This document shows, in pieces, positions 12,201 through 25,951 of a stretch of 64,000 nt of DNA (position 1 is the first letter of the stretch; the number at the start of each line of letters is the position of its first letter). The stretch comes from Octopus sinensis. Lineage: Eukaryota. The stretch spans positions 107,322,001 through 107,386,000 of the forward strand of contig NC_042998.1 of NCBI RefSeq assembly GCF_006345805.1, in the 5' to 3' direction. The position numbers and the translations under genes were made by a program. The notes under the pieces were generated by a model, which saw only the letters and a list, made by a program, of their open reading frames with translations, had not been told where the DNA came from and did no database searches.

Positions 12201-12639
12201 ATTATGTATGTACCTATGTATATTGCGTAAGAAATGTCTGTCTGTGTGTCTGTTTGCACCTGTCTAAAAAATGATGCTGTTGTTTATGCTGTGCCCCTTT
12301 ATGTGAGCGGTGTGACAAATAGAAATTGATAAAATAAGTACAAGACTGGATTAGATATTTTGTTTATCATATTCGACTAAGACTCTTTAAGACGAAGTCC
12401 CAGTATACACAGTACAGTAAGTGAAATCAGCAAAACACTATGAGATAGACAAAACAAACTTACTCTTTCGCACCCGCAACATTTTTATCCGATAGATACG
12501 TATCTTCCGTGGTCAATTTATCCTTAAAATCATAAACGAATTTTAAGCTCAGCAGAAAGCTCATTGGCCGTAGAGATCCTTCAAAAGCAGTTAGTTAAAT
12601 GCGTTTCTTTTAAATTAAACATCCGTAGTATATATCGTA

Positions 12640-12856
12640 TTGGCTTCAAATTTTGGCACAAGGACAGCAATTTCGGTGGAGGGCATAAGACGACTATATT
12701 GATCCCAGTACTCAACTGGTACTTATTTTTTATCGACTCGGAAATGATGAAATGCCAAGTCCACCTCGGTAGATTTTGAACTCAGAAGATAAAGCAGACG
12801 AAATACAGCTAAGCATTTTGTCCGGCGCGTAACGCTTCAGCCAGCTTGCCGCCTTC
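12640..12856 (-). mobile_element. Short Meta-like SINE
   Basis: caactggtacttattttttatcgac...gcagacgaaatacagctaagcattt...gccagcttgccgcc. Confidence 0.75.
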
Positions 12857-13685
12857 GTAGTATGTATCATAATAATCATATAATAATTCTACTTGTCATT
12901 CCGTTACTTAGCCTGTCAGTAACGCTTTCACATGATTAGAGAAAAATGGGGAGAGAGAAAAATATAATTTTAGCAGAAGGGTGATGTTCTGATGGTGAAG
13001 TTAAAGAAAGGCACAGAGTGAGGAGAGGGGGGAGAAGAGATAGGAGGGAGAGAGAGGAGGAAGTGGGAGAGGAGGGAGTGAGAGAGGAGAGAGTGAAAGA
13101 GAAGGAAGGGAGAGAGGAGAGAGGGAGAGATGATGGAGGGAGAGGGGAGAGAGAGAAGAGAGAAGGGAGAGAGATGATGATGATGGTGGTGGTAATGGAG
13201 GTGAGGATGGTGATTGGATAGTGAAAGTGTATGTTTTAATTGAACTAAGTTTTTTATATCACCTATCACTTAACGCATGCACATAAGTGCAATTCTGTAA
13301 AATATTCCCGCTTATTTGTGGCAGGTATATGCAATTTAACTAAAGGTTGTATCATATGTACGGGATATTTTTTCTTGTTTGTTTATAGGAAAATAGAAAA
13401 ATAAGAGTGAATATTTATTTTATGAGTGCTGTGTATTAAGTCTATAAAATTGTGCATAAAGTATATAAGGTGTATATATAAAGTGCATTATATAATCATC
13501 GTATTTCAACTTCTTTCGCTTTTCAATGAGTAGCAGATGAGCAACTAGCTTTCCATGTATACACAACACAGGCTACACCCTCAGGTTTTTTGGACAAAGT
13601 TTTCTGAAATAACCCAATAGGTTTACCATTCATTCCATGAAATATTCACGGGTCCTGCTAGTAAGTATTAATATTAATAGAGATC

Positions 13686-13885
13686 AAGGCAGCTAGCTGG
13701 GCAAAACGTTTAGCGGTATTTCATCCGTCTTTACGTTCCGACTTCAAATTTCGCCGAGGTCGACTTTATCTTCTGGCACTTATTTTATCGGGGTCGATAA
13801 AATAAATGCCAGTTAAGCGCTGGCTGTCGATGTAACCGACTTACCCCTCACGCAAAACTGCTGGCCTTGTGCCTATATTTGAAAC
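13686..13885 (+). mobile_element. Short Meta-like SINE
   Basis: aaggcagctagctgggc...ttcaaatttcgccgaggtcgacttt...ggggtcgataaaataaatgccag. Confidence 0.75.
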
Positions 13886-14379
13886 GTATATTAACAGAGC
13901 TCCTTATACATGTCTTCTTTGTACATTATTTTCTTTATTTCCGTTGTCCTGAACAGCACATCGGTTAGGCTTGGGATGACTCCAGCGGTATATCAGATTT
14001 TCTTTTTTTTTTTGTTGTTGTTTTTTCTATAAAACGTTACAGGCCCCTATTTCAACCCTGCTTTATTCTATTTCAGAAGAAAGGGACACTGTATGTGCAA
14101 CCTTATGACTCTCTTTACAGAGCAACTTTATTTCATAAAATTTGCCATAAAGGCATGACACAGAGTAGCTTGCGGGTTGGACAAATACATTGATGAGATG
14201 AATGATGAAAAAGGATGATATTGATGGGAGAAGACAAAAAACGCCCGCCGATTTTTGGCTCCTCTAAAACATTATTCTTTTTTTTTAATACATAAAAAAC
14301 AAAACGAGGTATTAAACCTCTTACTTTAGTTTTTATAATTGCTCCATTACAAATTTTCTTTTACCTTTTTACAAAAAGA

Positions 14380-14760
14380 AACACACAAAAATGAGGTAAT
14401 GAACCTCTTACACAGACTGAGACACCAAGTCTCTTCAACCATCCCCTATCAATTCTCTTGCCGCCTGCAGGTAATCCTGCAGCAGCAAGTTGAGGCCCCC
14501 AAAGAGATAATTGTAATTTTCCTTCGAAAAGGAATCCATTATTCGAAGAAATCTCTTTCTTTCACCACCAGCGCAGTCACCTGCGGAGGCCAATGCTGAC
14601 TATCAATACCGGTCGGGTCCATCAGGTCCCGACCTTCAAGACAACTTTCTACAAAGTTGTCTACAGCACCTCCCTCAAGATAGACGACCACATATTCTTC
14701 AGAGCAACTTATTACAGAGCAACTTATCCGATTCCTATCCCGCGCGCATGCGAAGGGGAC
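14380..14760 (-). mobile_element. Possible retroelement ORF1-like fragment
   Basis: GC-richer coding-like stretch (ORF 14539-14817) broken by stops; family not recognised. Confidence 0.3.
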
Positions 14761-14820
14761 AGAGAAAGGAGAAGAGAGATAGGGAAAGAACAAACAGACA
14801 GGGAGAATAATATTCATCTG

Positions 14821-15345
14821 GGTTTTAATTGGCAGTTTATTTATCGGCCCTGAAAGGTTTTAATTGGCAGTTTATTTATCGGTCCTGAAAGGTTTTAATT
14901 GGCAGTTTATTTATCGGCCCTGAAAGGTTTTAATTGGCAGTTTATTTATCGGCCCTGAAAGGTTTTAATTGGCAGTTTATTTATCGGCCCTGAAAGGTTT
15001 TAATTGGCAGTTTATTTATCGGCCCTGAAAGGTTTTAATTGGCAGTTTATTTATCGGCCCTGAAAGGTTTTAATTGACAGTTTATATATCGGCCCTGAAA
15101 GGTTTTAATTGGCAGTTTATTTATCGGCCCTGAAAGGTTTTAATTGGCAGTTTATTTATCGGCCCTGAAAGGTTTTAATTGGCAGTTTATTTATCGGCCC
15201 TGAAAGGTTTTAATTGACAGTTTATATATCGGCCCTGAAAGGTTTTAATTGACAGTTTATTTATCGGCCCTGAAAGGTTTTAATTGGCAGTTTATTTATC
15301 GGCCCTGAAAGGTTTTAATTGACAGTTTATATATCGGCCCTGAAA
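14821..15345. repeat. 35-bp minisatellite, 15 tandem units, inside a SINE
   Basis: Unit ggttttaattggcagtttatttatcggccctgaaa in exact 35-bp register; followed by the rest of a minus-strand Meta-like SINE to ~15440. Confidence 0.95.
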
Positions 15346-17440
15346 ACAAAGATGACCTAAGTGGGATTAGAACTCAGATAACTGGAGCAAATAGCACCGT
15401 CTCTGCAACACACTAACAAATCTGCCAATTCACCGCCTTCCTAATAAACCCACAAAACATTACTACATTTCAATACATGTAAGGATCTTTTATTACAGAA
15501 ATGTTAACGTGAACTTAAATTTATTCCTTTGTAATTTCCCCAGAGAAATTTTCCAAATGCGCAATTCTATATGTACCGAGATTTCTAATATTAATCCATC
15601 AATGAAAGCACGGTCTTCATTTGTGAGTTAATAGAATACTTGGAAATATTTCTACACGTACGCGCACACGCATACGTGCACACGCATAAATATACGAACG
15701 CATACATACATACATACATACATACATATACATATATAATTCGTTATAATTACCTTATGTATGTATGCGTGCATGTATGTATATATGCATACATGCATGT
15801 ATGTATGTATGTGTGTATGTATGTATGTGTGCGCGTATATGTATGTATGTGCATGTACTGTTTGTTGTCATATATCGTTCTTATAAGGTAGAGAAAGTAG
15901 AGAAAGACGGATTCGGTTTTCGTAACTGACGACGCACAAAAATGCAGAAGCGCATGCCCCTTCCGATCCGATATGATCGCTCATCACGCTAGAAGTAGCA
16001 GCCAAGGTTCTCTCAAATTATTTCCCAATCTCTAAAACAAATGGTAGAATGATGCATTGAGTAATATAGTCTGGAATACACTCTAATTGGGGGGAAAAAG
16101 AAAGAAATTAGCAATATTAAGGCTTGAACGCTCTTGATCTTAGTCTGCTGATTAGGGCTAACCTTGTGCTAAACAACAATATTAGCAATAAATGTAGTCG
16201 CGTAGATTAACGAGTATTTCATCAGCTTGTAGTACTGACTTTAAGTCCATTTGCAGAGAGAAGATAACAGGAAATTATTCCAGAACATTCTTCCCAAAAT
16301 TGGCAAGATCAAGGATTTTAATCTCGTGATACCTGCAGTTATATAAAGTAAAAACCAGCAATAACAATGAGTATGTTACATTTTATGTTATGATAACCTG
16401 ATTTGTGTTATGTAGAGTTGTTTTCTTTCAGTTATATTCCAGTTTCAAGTCATAGTTGTACTCATTTGACTGCTTTTACATCACTAATATTTGCGTGAAA
16501 GACAGACATTATATTAATTCCCCCTTTTCTCAAGGAAAGTTCAGATATTGTGCCAAAGTAAGAAAAATAATTACAAAAAAAAAATGGTCTTCAACTAATT
16601 AAATAATGGTCATCATTATTTTTAAAACTAGACAAATTATTTGTAATGTAATATAAGTTCACAAAGATCGATATAAATTTGGCTTTCAAACTTCATCCCT
16701 TTATCGAAATGCAAACCACACTTCTATAATAAAAACACAGTTTCAATAAATGCTAGTTTAGGCGGCTTTTGGCACACACATAATTTCATTCTTCTAATTA
16801 AATTCCTTTTTAAATTAGTGATCCACACAGAATAGAATTTCTTGTGTAACAACCAAATGCAACATAGTGAGGGGGGGGAGAAGGGGTAAGAGGAAGTGAG
16901 AGAAAGAGTTGGTTGAATAAACATGAGAGAGAAGGAGAGTGGGAGAACGAGACAGTGAGTTTGAGAGTGAGACAGACAGAGACAAAGAGTGAGAATGAGA
17001 GAGTGAGAGAGAGAGAGAGAATAGAGAAAAAAGAGAAAGAAAGAAATTAAACGCAAAATAATTTGGTCATCATCAGAAGCAGACATTGGAAATGAAACAA
17101 AGCATATATAATTTGAAACGTAGTTAATTATCTTCATTGATTAATTAATATATGTATTTTATTCAGCATTGTTATCGTTGTTTTTGTTGCTCTTGTTACT
17201 CTTAATGTTTCCTTTATTGTTGTAATTGTTGCTGTTGTAGAAGTTATCTTCTTTTAATTGATTTTGAATTGTTATTGTTTTTCTGATCCTATACGTTTTA
17301 GTCGTTGTTATGATATTGCTGTTGTTCTTATTGTTACAGTTGTTGGGTGATGTTAACTTTAATGTTGCTATTATTTGAGAACTGATCATGCTTTTATTGC
17401 AGCTATCATTTTCTTGTTATTAACGATTTCTAACAATTTT

Positions 17441-17651
17441 AATAATAATAATAATGATGATGATGATAATAATAATGGCTAAGGTAGTGGTGGTTGTGGC
17501 GGCGGCTGTGGCAGCGGCTGTGGCGGCGGCTGTGGCGGCGGCGGCGGCTGTGCGGCGGCGGCGGCGGCGGCTGTGGCGGCGGCGGCTGTGGCGGCGGCGG
17601 CGGCTGTGGCGGCGGCGGCTGTGCGGCGGCGGCGGCGGCGGTGGTGGTGGT
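17441..17651. repeat. Compound trinucleotide tract (AAT)-(GAT)-(GGT)-(GGC/GCT)
   Basis: Read directly; GC-rich tract next to the 3' end of the Tx1 element. Confidence 0.9.
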
Positions 17652-17699
17652 GTTACGAAAACAGACATAAAATGTGATGGTTTGCATATAATGGAATGT

Positions 17700-20570
17700 A
17701 AAAAAGAAAAAAAGTATACATCGAATACATTAAAAGAAATTAAGTATACATAATATACAGCAATAAGGAAAAAGAAATTGATGGAAAATTCTCCTGATAC
17801 AGGGGGACCTCTAGGGATGATCGAGGAACCCCACCATCCAAGATCACCCTGAATACCGCGGACAGATACTTTTTCCAACTACTTTTCCTCCGACTCACAG
17901 GTCTACACTGAGAGTGGTACCGTCCACTCTTTCCATTTTCGCAACTTTCACCCACCTTTTCATAAATTCACTCGAGGACACCACCTCCCTCTCCACCCTC
18001 AATTTCCTTTTTAAGTGAAATTTGAAAAAGTCGATGAGGGCTTTACCAAAGAAGAATGTCTGTCCTCATTCCTTTCAGCCTCGTCCACCAGACAACCTCT
18101 TTCGCCACAGTAACCAGGCAAAGGAAAGCTGCCTTGCCTGCTCGATTAAAAGAGGGCAGCGGGGCAATCATCATTATAGACTCGGACGATAGATGGATCC
18201 GTCCCACACACGACAGCAGCTGTTCGACATAACTCCACGAGTCAGCAATTGCCGGACACGGAACGAGTGCATGCAGAACGGTTTCGTCGCACTGCACACA
18301 CCTCGAACATGCCCGTCTGACAGCACATCTGTACCTGTAGAGTTTATCTCGAACCGGTAGCGCCCCTCGGTATCACTGCCAAGCCAAAGACATCTGGAAA
18401 TTATCCATAATAGTCCCCGACCGAAAAGTCCCCCGGAACAGACTAGTCAGTTCATCTTCGTCAACTCCCAGAGTCTCCTCTAGGACGTCGTCGCACTTTC
18501 CCGCCACTAATCCTCTATAAATAGCTAAAGAGGAACATCTACTGATCCTATTGCCCGATTGGTAGAAAACTGAGCGCCTGACAACATTTTAAGTGCCAGG
18601 TGCCCAGTCTTGGTTTATCCTTCACCCAGGACTGCAGCTCCGTCAAGGAAACGATTTGTGGAAATACGTGCCTCACAAACGGAGTCCACACACTGCAGAT
18701 GGTGCAACTTGACCGCATCAAAAGCCACGGCATGCCTAAGCCACCGCTCAAAGGGAGCTGACAACAGATTGACCACCTGACCATTGGAACGCGTCCCTTC
18801 CACAAGAACATGAACAAGAGACGCTCCAACTTGATCAAGCAATAACTGGGGCAAGGTAAGACGGTCAGACGCTAAATGATAACGGAGGCGATGTAGGCAT
18901 TCGCCACCTCTGCTCGACCTTTCAAGGACAGCCTCTTCTCAGCCCATTCCTGGGTAAGATTGGCCACCTTGTTCGTCAACTCGTCCTATTTCTTATCCAC
19001 CTGGAGGTTGAGACCAAACCAGATCCCGAGCATTGTAATTCGTCCGTCAGTCCAGCGTCCGACGACGCCGTCTGATGGCATCGATCTTCCTCTCCAGATG
19101 CCCAGTCACAAGCCCACTGACTTCTCGACATTGATTTTATCTCCTGCAACCGACTCTTCTGCTTGAATGGAGCCGACCGCCTCAACTTCGAAGGCATCCG
19201 ACACCATGATGGTGACGTCGTCCACGTATGTAGACTGCTCTTCCGAGTCTCAGTTCGAAAGGGATGCCCCGCAATTATTCCGCAGTAGTGGCTCGAGAGC
19301 CAGCACGTACAGGAGAGGTGACAACGGGCAGCCCTGACGGACCGAGCGTGGGATACTAAACTGTTCTGATAGATAGTTATTTACTTTGACCACCGAACAT
19401 GTGCCGCTGTACATTGCAGCGATCTAGCCTCTGAAAACGGGTTGGAAACCGGCCGCTTTAAGGACGGCTTTCAGATAGCGACGGTCGACCCTATCAAATG
19501 CTTTTGATAGATCCAAACTGATTAGGGGCCCACCGAAGCCAGCTTTAATCCCAGTCCTCTCTATGATGTATCGCATAAGGTGGAGGTTGTCGTGGATAGA
19601 CCTGTTCGGGATTGCGCACGTTTCTGCTTCCCCTACTAGACTACCAACGACAATCACCAACCTTTTCGCTAACACTTTGGCCTAACAGATTTATGAACCA
19701 AAAATTCTCTTGTATGTCCCTACTATAGGCGTCCTTCTTCAGCAGTATCACCACACCCCGACTAATAGCACTGGCAATTCTCCCGTTCTGTTACTAGTTG
19801 TGGTAAACGTCTGCCAAGAGGTCGCCAAACAAATCTGGCACAAATATATAGAATTCATAGGGCAAACCATCTAAACCTCGAGTACTGCGGCAGGCCATCT
19901 AAGTACTAACTAAAGTCCACTACCGTCGTTGACCCATCCCCCCTCCAAACAGTTGCCGCACACATTTGCTCAGAATCATGAAGCACGCACCCATCCCGAT
20001 TCGTCAAACACCCTATCGTGGTTTTGTTGCCACGTCGCGTCGCCACCATTCGAGCCCATCGGACGGCTTTAGTTCCCTTATGTTTTAGCATACGAGCCTT
20101 AGCTCTGACAATGCAACCTTCATGTTTCGCCTCAAATTCTAGCCGCTAACACGTCTGTCACGATGCCTTTACTAGTTTGCTAACTAGTTCTCTTTTATTT
20201 TGCTAACTAGTTCTCCCTCTAATCTGTTTCTTTCTATTGCTAACTCTTTGCTAAATTCTATGGATTCTGCTCTAATCACCCTCTTCAGGGCTATCCGGTT
20301 GTTAATGATTGCCCCCGTCAACTGCCGCTTAACTAGTTCGCTAATCCTCTCGCTGTAGTCTTTGCGCGCCGGAAAGGACGCGTTCAACTTCCAGTAACTG
20401 GGTCCCTGTCTACTCGTCCTATCTAAATCGACTGTGCAGATCACAAATTCGTGGGCTGTGTAGCCAGCCAATTTGAATTGTGGACACCCTATACTTTCCT
20501 TATCCGCTAACCTAACAAATACTCTATCTAGATACGGTCTGGATGATCCATTGTGATGGCACATCAGGGA
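17700..20570 (-). mobile_element. Decayed Tx1/L1-clade LINE ORF2 (APE end, RT, C-terminal zinc finger)
   Basis: YLDRVFVR and GPSYWKLNAS (endonuclease end), AIPNRSIHDNL and LDLSKAFDRVD (RT), CDETVLHALVPCP (zf); many stops and frameshifts. Confidence 0.88.
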
Positions 20571-21029
20571 AATCCAATCGATACCTGTCAGAAAGCTGGA
20601 AGTTTCTGAACAGTTTAACTTAGAGGAAAGAAAATGGAATTACATACCTTGGTTTTCAGGGATGACTGCTGACACAGTCTTCTTTTTGGTCGAGGTGGGA
20701 GTGGGGAATGGTTTTTCTAGGAAGTTTTTTGCGGGATACTTGCTAAACTCTCCAAAGTCCTGGGGGAATTTCGGTTTCAAGTCAAGATACATGTCCGTAT
20801 CTGTTTAAATTAACTTTTTGTCCAGTGGAGTTTTCGGGGGCAGTTCCGCAAAACTTTCTCCACTTGTTGTAATGTTTTTGTTATTAATAACTTCCTCAAT
20901 CAATTTAATGTTGCTCTTCTGAATAACAGTAAAGTTGATGAAATACGTACCTGAGAGTGTGACTGTTGGTCATTTTGTTTTCGGGTGTTTCTTTTTTGTT
21001 TTCGTATTTTTTGTTGTTTTTTTTTCGTG

Positions 21030-21520
21030 GTTGTTAGTTAGTTAGTTAGTTAGTTAATTTTTTGGCTCAAAAAGCAAAAAGCAAGGCCATGTAGGGGGAC
21101 ATGGAGTTATGTACAGAGTGGTGTTCATGTAAAGAGTTCAGGCCACTTGAGGTCAAGGGAGACTTTGAACCGAGCGGTCGTCGGCATCTTCACCATCTCG
21201 TCCGGCAGCTTATTCCACGGATCGTGTTTATAAAAATTGGTTGCCTTGTTATGAAGATGTTGATGTTGGTGTTGATTTGTTTTTAAGTTGGAGTTGTGAT
21301 GGATTTTTCTTTTTACCGTCATGCCTTAGGGCTGGTCGTTATTTCGGTGCGAAGTCAATGAGGACTTTGCTTTTGTGAGGCCTGAGTCGAAGGAAGGAGG
21401 CAGATGCGAGGTAATATATTTGTCCTCACCTTGAGTAGTTGGTAATAACGGTGGAGAGATTCGAGCTTTGTCCACCGAGGAGCAAAAGGCTTTGAGGTGG
21501 TTCGAATTCCCACACACAAA
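21030..21520 (-). mobile_element. CR1-clade LINE 3' fragment with (AACT)n tail
   Basis: PWNKLPDEMVKMPTTARFKVSLD C-terminus; (GTTA)n on the plus strand at 21030-21058. Confidence 0.75.
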
Positions 21521-23177
21521 ACACTTTTTTTTTCTTTCTATAGAAACTGGTATCTGTTTGCATTCCCCGAAACAGAAAAATCAGGAATGCGATTTATTTC
21601 CTCTGGAGAAACTAGAATCTGTAATTCCATAAGAATTGCAGTCCTGTTGAGTTGTGGGGTGGACTTCACCTCCACAATCTCCCCATGCTCCTCCAGAATG
21701 GCTAAAACCATAACAAGTACTTATCTTGTTTTTATCATATTGAGAATGTCGAATTCAAATAGTTCTTGTTTTTTTATTCTTTGGTATGTATTTTCGATAT
21801 CTCAAGCCTTAACTCTTTTCCTTGTTATAGCACAACAAACAAACACGCATACACATAAGTAGTATAATAATACATCTTTAACATAAACAAACGCGCACAA
21901 AATTGCCTAATCAACGCTCATAAAATATTCAAAGAAAGTGTTCGCATATAGATGAATTAATCAGTTCTGTGCTCTCGCGTTCGGCAAGAGTTTTGACGGC
22001 TATGTGTTGCACTAATTATCTAATTTGCCGTCAATTTCTTTGAATTGTGATCTCCCGAAAACTCTGGAATTCAGTCAAGGCGAACACTACGAAAACTCTA
22101 ACGAGGGATATTCTTTATTTTACCACAGGGTGGGAAGAAATTAGATTATATAAGCTTGACAAATTTAAAGAGATTTTAGATTTTGCTAATTGTTCGTGAA
22201 AATCCTTAAGAAACGCCTTGGCATTCTCTTCCCCTTCCCCTTGGCCTTTTGGTGGGGTTTTTTCTGTAGGTGATTTTATCATCTATTATTAAATTTTAAC
22301 CAATGATTTTTTAAACCATTATCTGGCTGCTGTTCAAACAAAATCCCTTTGAATTATTGAAATGTTCCTGAACATTTGTTTTTATCGTTTTAATAATTAT
22401 TTCTTAAATACTGGAAAATAATCATTTCTCTTCCGATAAATATTCATCTATTATTTTTTTCGTTGCCAAACACATAGTTCTTTCCGCACTTAATTTATTG
22501 GCCTAGAATTTGATTTGTTGTAATCTCTTTAGCGAACTTCTTTAGCACACTTCAACGGATTTTGTTCATGGAGATAATTTGTCTTACTTCTTTATTGACT
22601 CTTTCTTAAGCCTTTCTTTTATATGTGAATCTCAATCTTACGTTCTACTAACACACTATGAAATATTGACATCTCTGTCAGATCTTATTTACTAATGCTA
22701 AAACGTATTACCTTTAACTTCCATCTCATTCTCTTGATTAGATATTTGCTCTTTTCAATTAGGCACTTAATTTTTTTTCTGTAACATCAAAAGCATTCTT
22801 TGCAGATATTTTTGTGGGATACTGTTCCATTTTCAGTTATTGTAGCCTTATGTATTGACAGTTTTCGACAAAGTAAAGAGAACCGTTTTGATTGGTGAAA
22901 ATGTTTGTGCATACAAGTGGAAAAAGTACATTGTTGGGATCTGAAGGGTTTTGGATAATCAATTAAATAGCGATAATTTATATTTCGATGGTTTTACGAA
23001 TGTTTTTACTTATGTATCATCACGCTGCTCTCCAACTTCAAACGATTAAATAGTTGTCTACGTGAAGCTCAGATCAGAATAATGATTCATACATCTTTGC
23101 CTTCAATTAAAATATACACATTCCTTGTATTCAGATCTTTTCTACTTCACTACTCTCTCTCTCTCTCTCTCCCCCTT

Positions 23178-23237
<60 letters not shown>

Positions 23238-23279
23238 CACACATACAACCACACACATACATGTATATATATATAGGTA

Positions 23280-23425
23280 GAATTCACGAAAAAAACAAAA
23301 GACGAAGACAGGTGGTGTAGAAAACAAACAGATGTATTAGTATAACGCTCGGGAATTGAAAAAGTTTTTAACGTTTCGAGCCTACGCTCTTCCACAGAAA
23401 GGGACACAGAAAGACACAAGGAGAG
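23280..23425 (-). mobile_element. Penelope-type non-autonomous element between TA-rich tracts
   Basis: Minus strand ctgtggaagagcgtaggctcgaaacgtta; homolog of 5462-5635. Confidence 0.55.
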
Positions 23426-23929
23426 AAAAAAACTATATATATGTATATAGTTATTCCGTTAACGTGGTAGAGTACCGTATAAAGTTCGAACACCTTCAGA
23501 ATTGCCCAGTACTATCCGGTAGTATTATTATATACTTCCAAGTTTAAGTTTGGGCATTCGTCGTGTGAGAATATAAAATTGAAGAAATGGGAGTCGACAA
23601 GAAGGAGCACGGTTGGACAGTTACTTTTTTAATCGCTATAATTGTTTCAACACAAAGTAGTTCTTCAAAAATATAGGTACTTGATTATGCAACTGCTTGT
23701 TTGCATAATGAGATCTAGTTGTGCTTCCTCGGGCGATCTGCGAGTGTTGTCTCCGTTAGTTTAAAATCGTCGGCTTCAATGCCATCCCCTCCGTCCGGCG
23801 TAGTTTGAATTTAGTAATAGCTGATAGACTCATGGTGTGTGCTGCCAGAGTGAGTTTGGCGAACTGCTATGAATGGTAGTAGTTGGCTATTTGAATGGGA
23901 TTGGTGGTGCTAGGACAATTCGTTCTTGG

Positions 23930-25600
23930 GTATTTCATCGTCGGTTAATTTATTCCCGGTCAATTCGTCGTTGATCAATTCATACCCAGTTCAATTCGTC
24001 ACAAAATACTCTTAAATGTGATTTTCGAGGGAAAATTTAGAACAATCACTTTAGAATTAAAATTGTCGCTGCACAGTTTCAGATGTTTTTTTCCTTTCTT
24101 TAACTCCATCTCTCTCTCTTCTCTCTCTCTCTCTCTCTCTGCCCTCTCTTAAATATCTGTGCTGAATAAAGCTTATGAACAAAGATTTTCAAGCAAATCG
24201 AATTAAATTTATTCAATACGCCTACCCATCAACAAGACTACCTTCAAGATCATAACTTCAGAGAAGGAAAAATCAAAGGGGTCGATCAAGAAAATTATAT
24301 ATACACAAAAAATAAACAGAATGCAGATGGATTGAAGATATACCAGAGGTGCGAAAATCGTGTATGTAAGGCGAGACTTCATATAGATGAAAATTATAAG
24401 GAGCTTAAAAAGATTGGGATCCATGATCACGCTTCAACTACTGCAGATGTAAATGCAAGGATAATAGTTTCAAATATTAAAATAAAGTCTATTTCTTCTC
24501 GTGATGCCCCTCGCTCAATTATCTCTAGTGAAGTCCAGAATTTAAACGACTGTACATTGTGGCAAATACCTCCGTTTGCACAGCTTAATAGGAATATTAG
24601 ACGTTGGAAGCAAGCTAACTTCAACTATCCTGCCACTCCACTTACAAATGTTGGGTTTTCCATTCCAAGTGAATACTCCTACCTTGACACTGATGAAACA
24701 TTTTCACGATATAACAGCAGGATGGAAGATTCAAAAGGAACACTAATATTTGCAAGTGATGAAGCACTTCCACAGTTAAAACAGCTCGAGAACTGGGCGG
24801 CAGATGGAACATTTAAGTGATGCTCTCGTATATTTTTTCAGTTATATATACTTCACATTCAAATTGATAATTTTAATGCCCCACGACTATTCGCATTGCT
24901 CTCTGACAAAAGTCAAGACACATATAGTAGACTTTTAACTAAAATAAATGAATTACTGCAGAATGAAGGATCTGATAATATGATTATGGATTTAGAAAAA
25001 GCAGCCCATAACGGATTTCTGGAATCGTTTCCTGGCTCGAATTTGGCATGCTGCTTGTTTCATTTAGGACAAAATGTGTACAAGCATGTTGTGCAAAAAG
25101 GACTAAAATGCAGATATCACGAAAATGACAGTTCTAGTCTAAAAATGCGTTGTTTTGTTGCCTTTGCCCTCCTGCCGATTGATGATGTTGTAGATGGATA
25201 TGAACAACTTGTAGATGATTATGATATTCCACAGTCAATTGTATCTTATTTTTAAAATAATTATGCAGGACCACCTAGAGGAAGAGGACAGAGGAGGTGA
25301 CGCCTTGAACATCCATTTGCATTACTTATATGGAATGCTTGGGATCGATGTATGACGGGGATTGCTCGTACTACAACTAGTTTAGAAGCCTACCATAACG
25401 CGCTAAAAAAACACAGTGAATATTAGTCATCCAAATATTTGGAAACTTACTGATGTGATTAAATGGGGAAAGGTTTGTCAGAAGTTTTTGCAAGAAGAAC
25501 CAAGCTAAAAGAAAAAATACAGAGATATGAACCAGCGTATAAAAAACGCCATGAAAAATATGATCCAAGCCAAAAATTTTTTTTATAAAGGCAATTGCAC
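23930..25600 (+). pseudogene. MULE (Mutator-like) transposase relic with FLYWCH-type N-terminus
   Basis: CENRVCKARLH...HDH; WAADGTFK*; IMDLEKAAHNG...CCLFHLGQNVY; in-frame stops at 24820 and 25255; caattcgtc repeats at the left end resemble a MULE terminus. Confidence 0.8.
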
Positions 25601-25920
25601 ACAATCTTAAATTTTAAGAAAAAATAAATATGTGATACAGCAAACCTTAAAATAAACGTTTTTTAATTCAGATATTCATTCTTCCATTTTCCAAAATTGT
25701 AAAAAAATATATTAGGATTTCATTAAAAATCATGTTTGTTTGAAAGTATCTATATATAGTATCTATATATAGTATCTATATATAGATGTTGAAATTTGCC
25801 TCTTTATTCAGAGAACAAGCCGAATAGTAAGCCTTCTCTTGAACATAAAAATTTAATATCCATCTCTCCTCTTGCACAATACTTATAGTACTATATTAAG
25901 TCATTTGAAAGTTGTACTTC

Positions 25921-25951
<31 letters not shown>

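Noticed and set aside
13261-13330. Phase-1 donor gcag|gtatat as an upstream LDLa exon
   Set aside because: No ATG or good acceptor in frame and no signal-peptide character
14821-15345. CRISPR-like regular 35-bp repeats
   Set aside because: Units are contiguous with no unique spacers, derive from a SINE core, and the context is eukaryotic with no cas genes
22110-22900. PFGGVFSVGDF-like motif suggesting a PIF1/Helitron helicase relic
   Set aside because: One short motif in a stop-ridden frame; the other helicase motifs were not found
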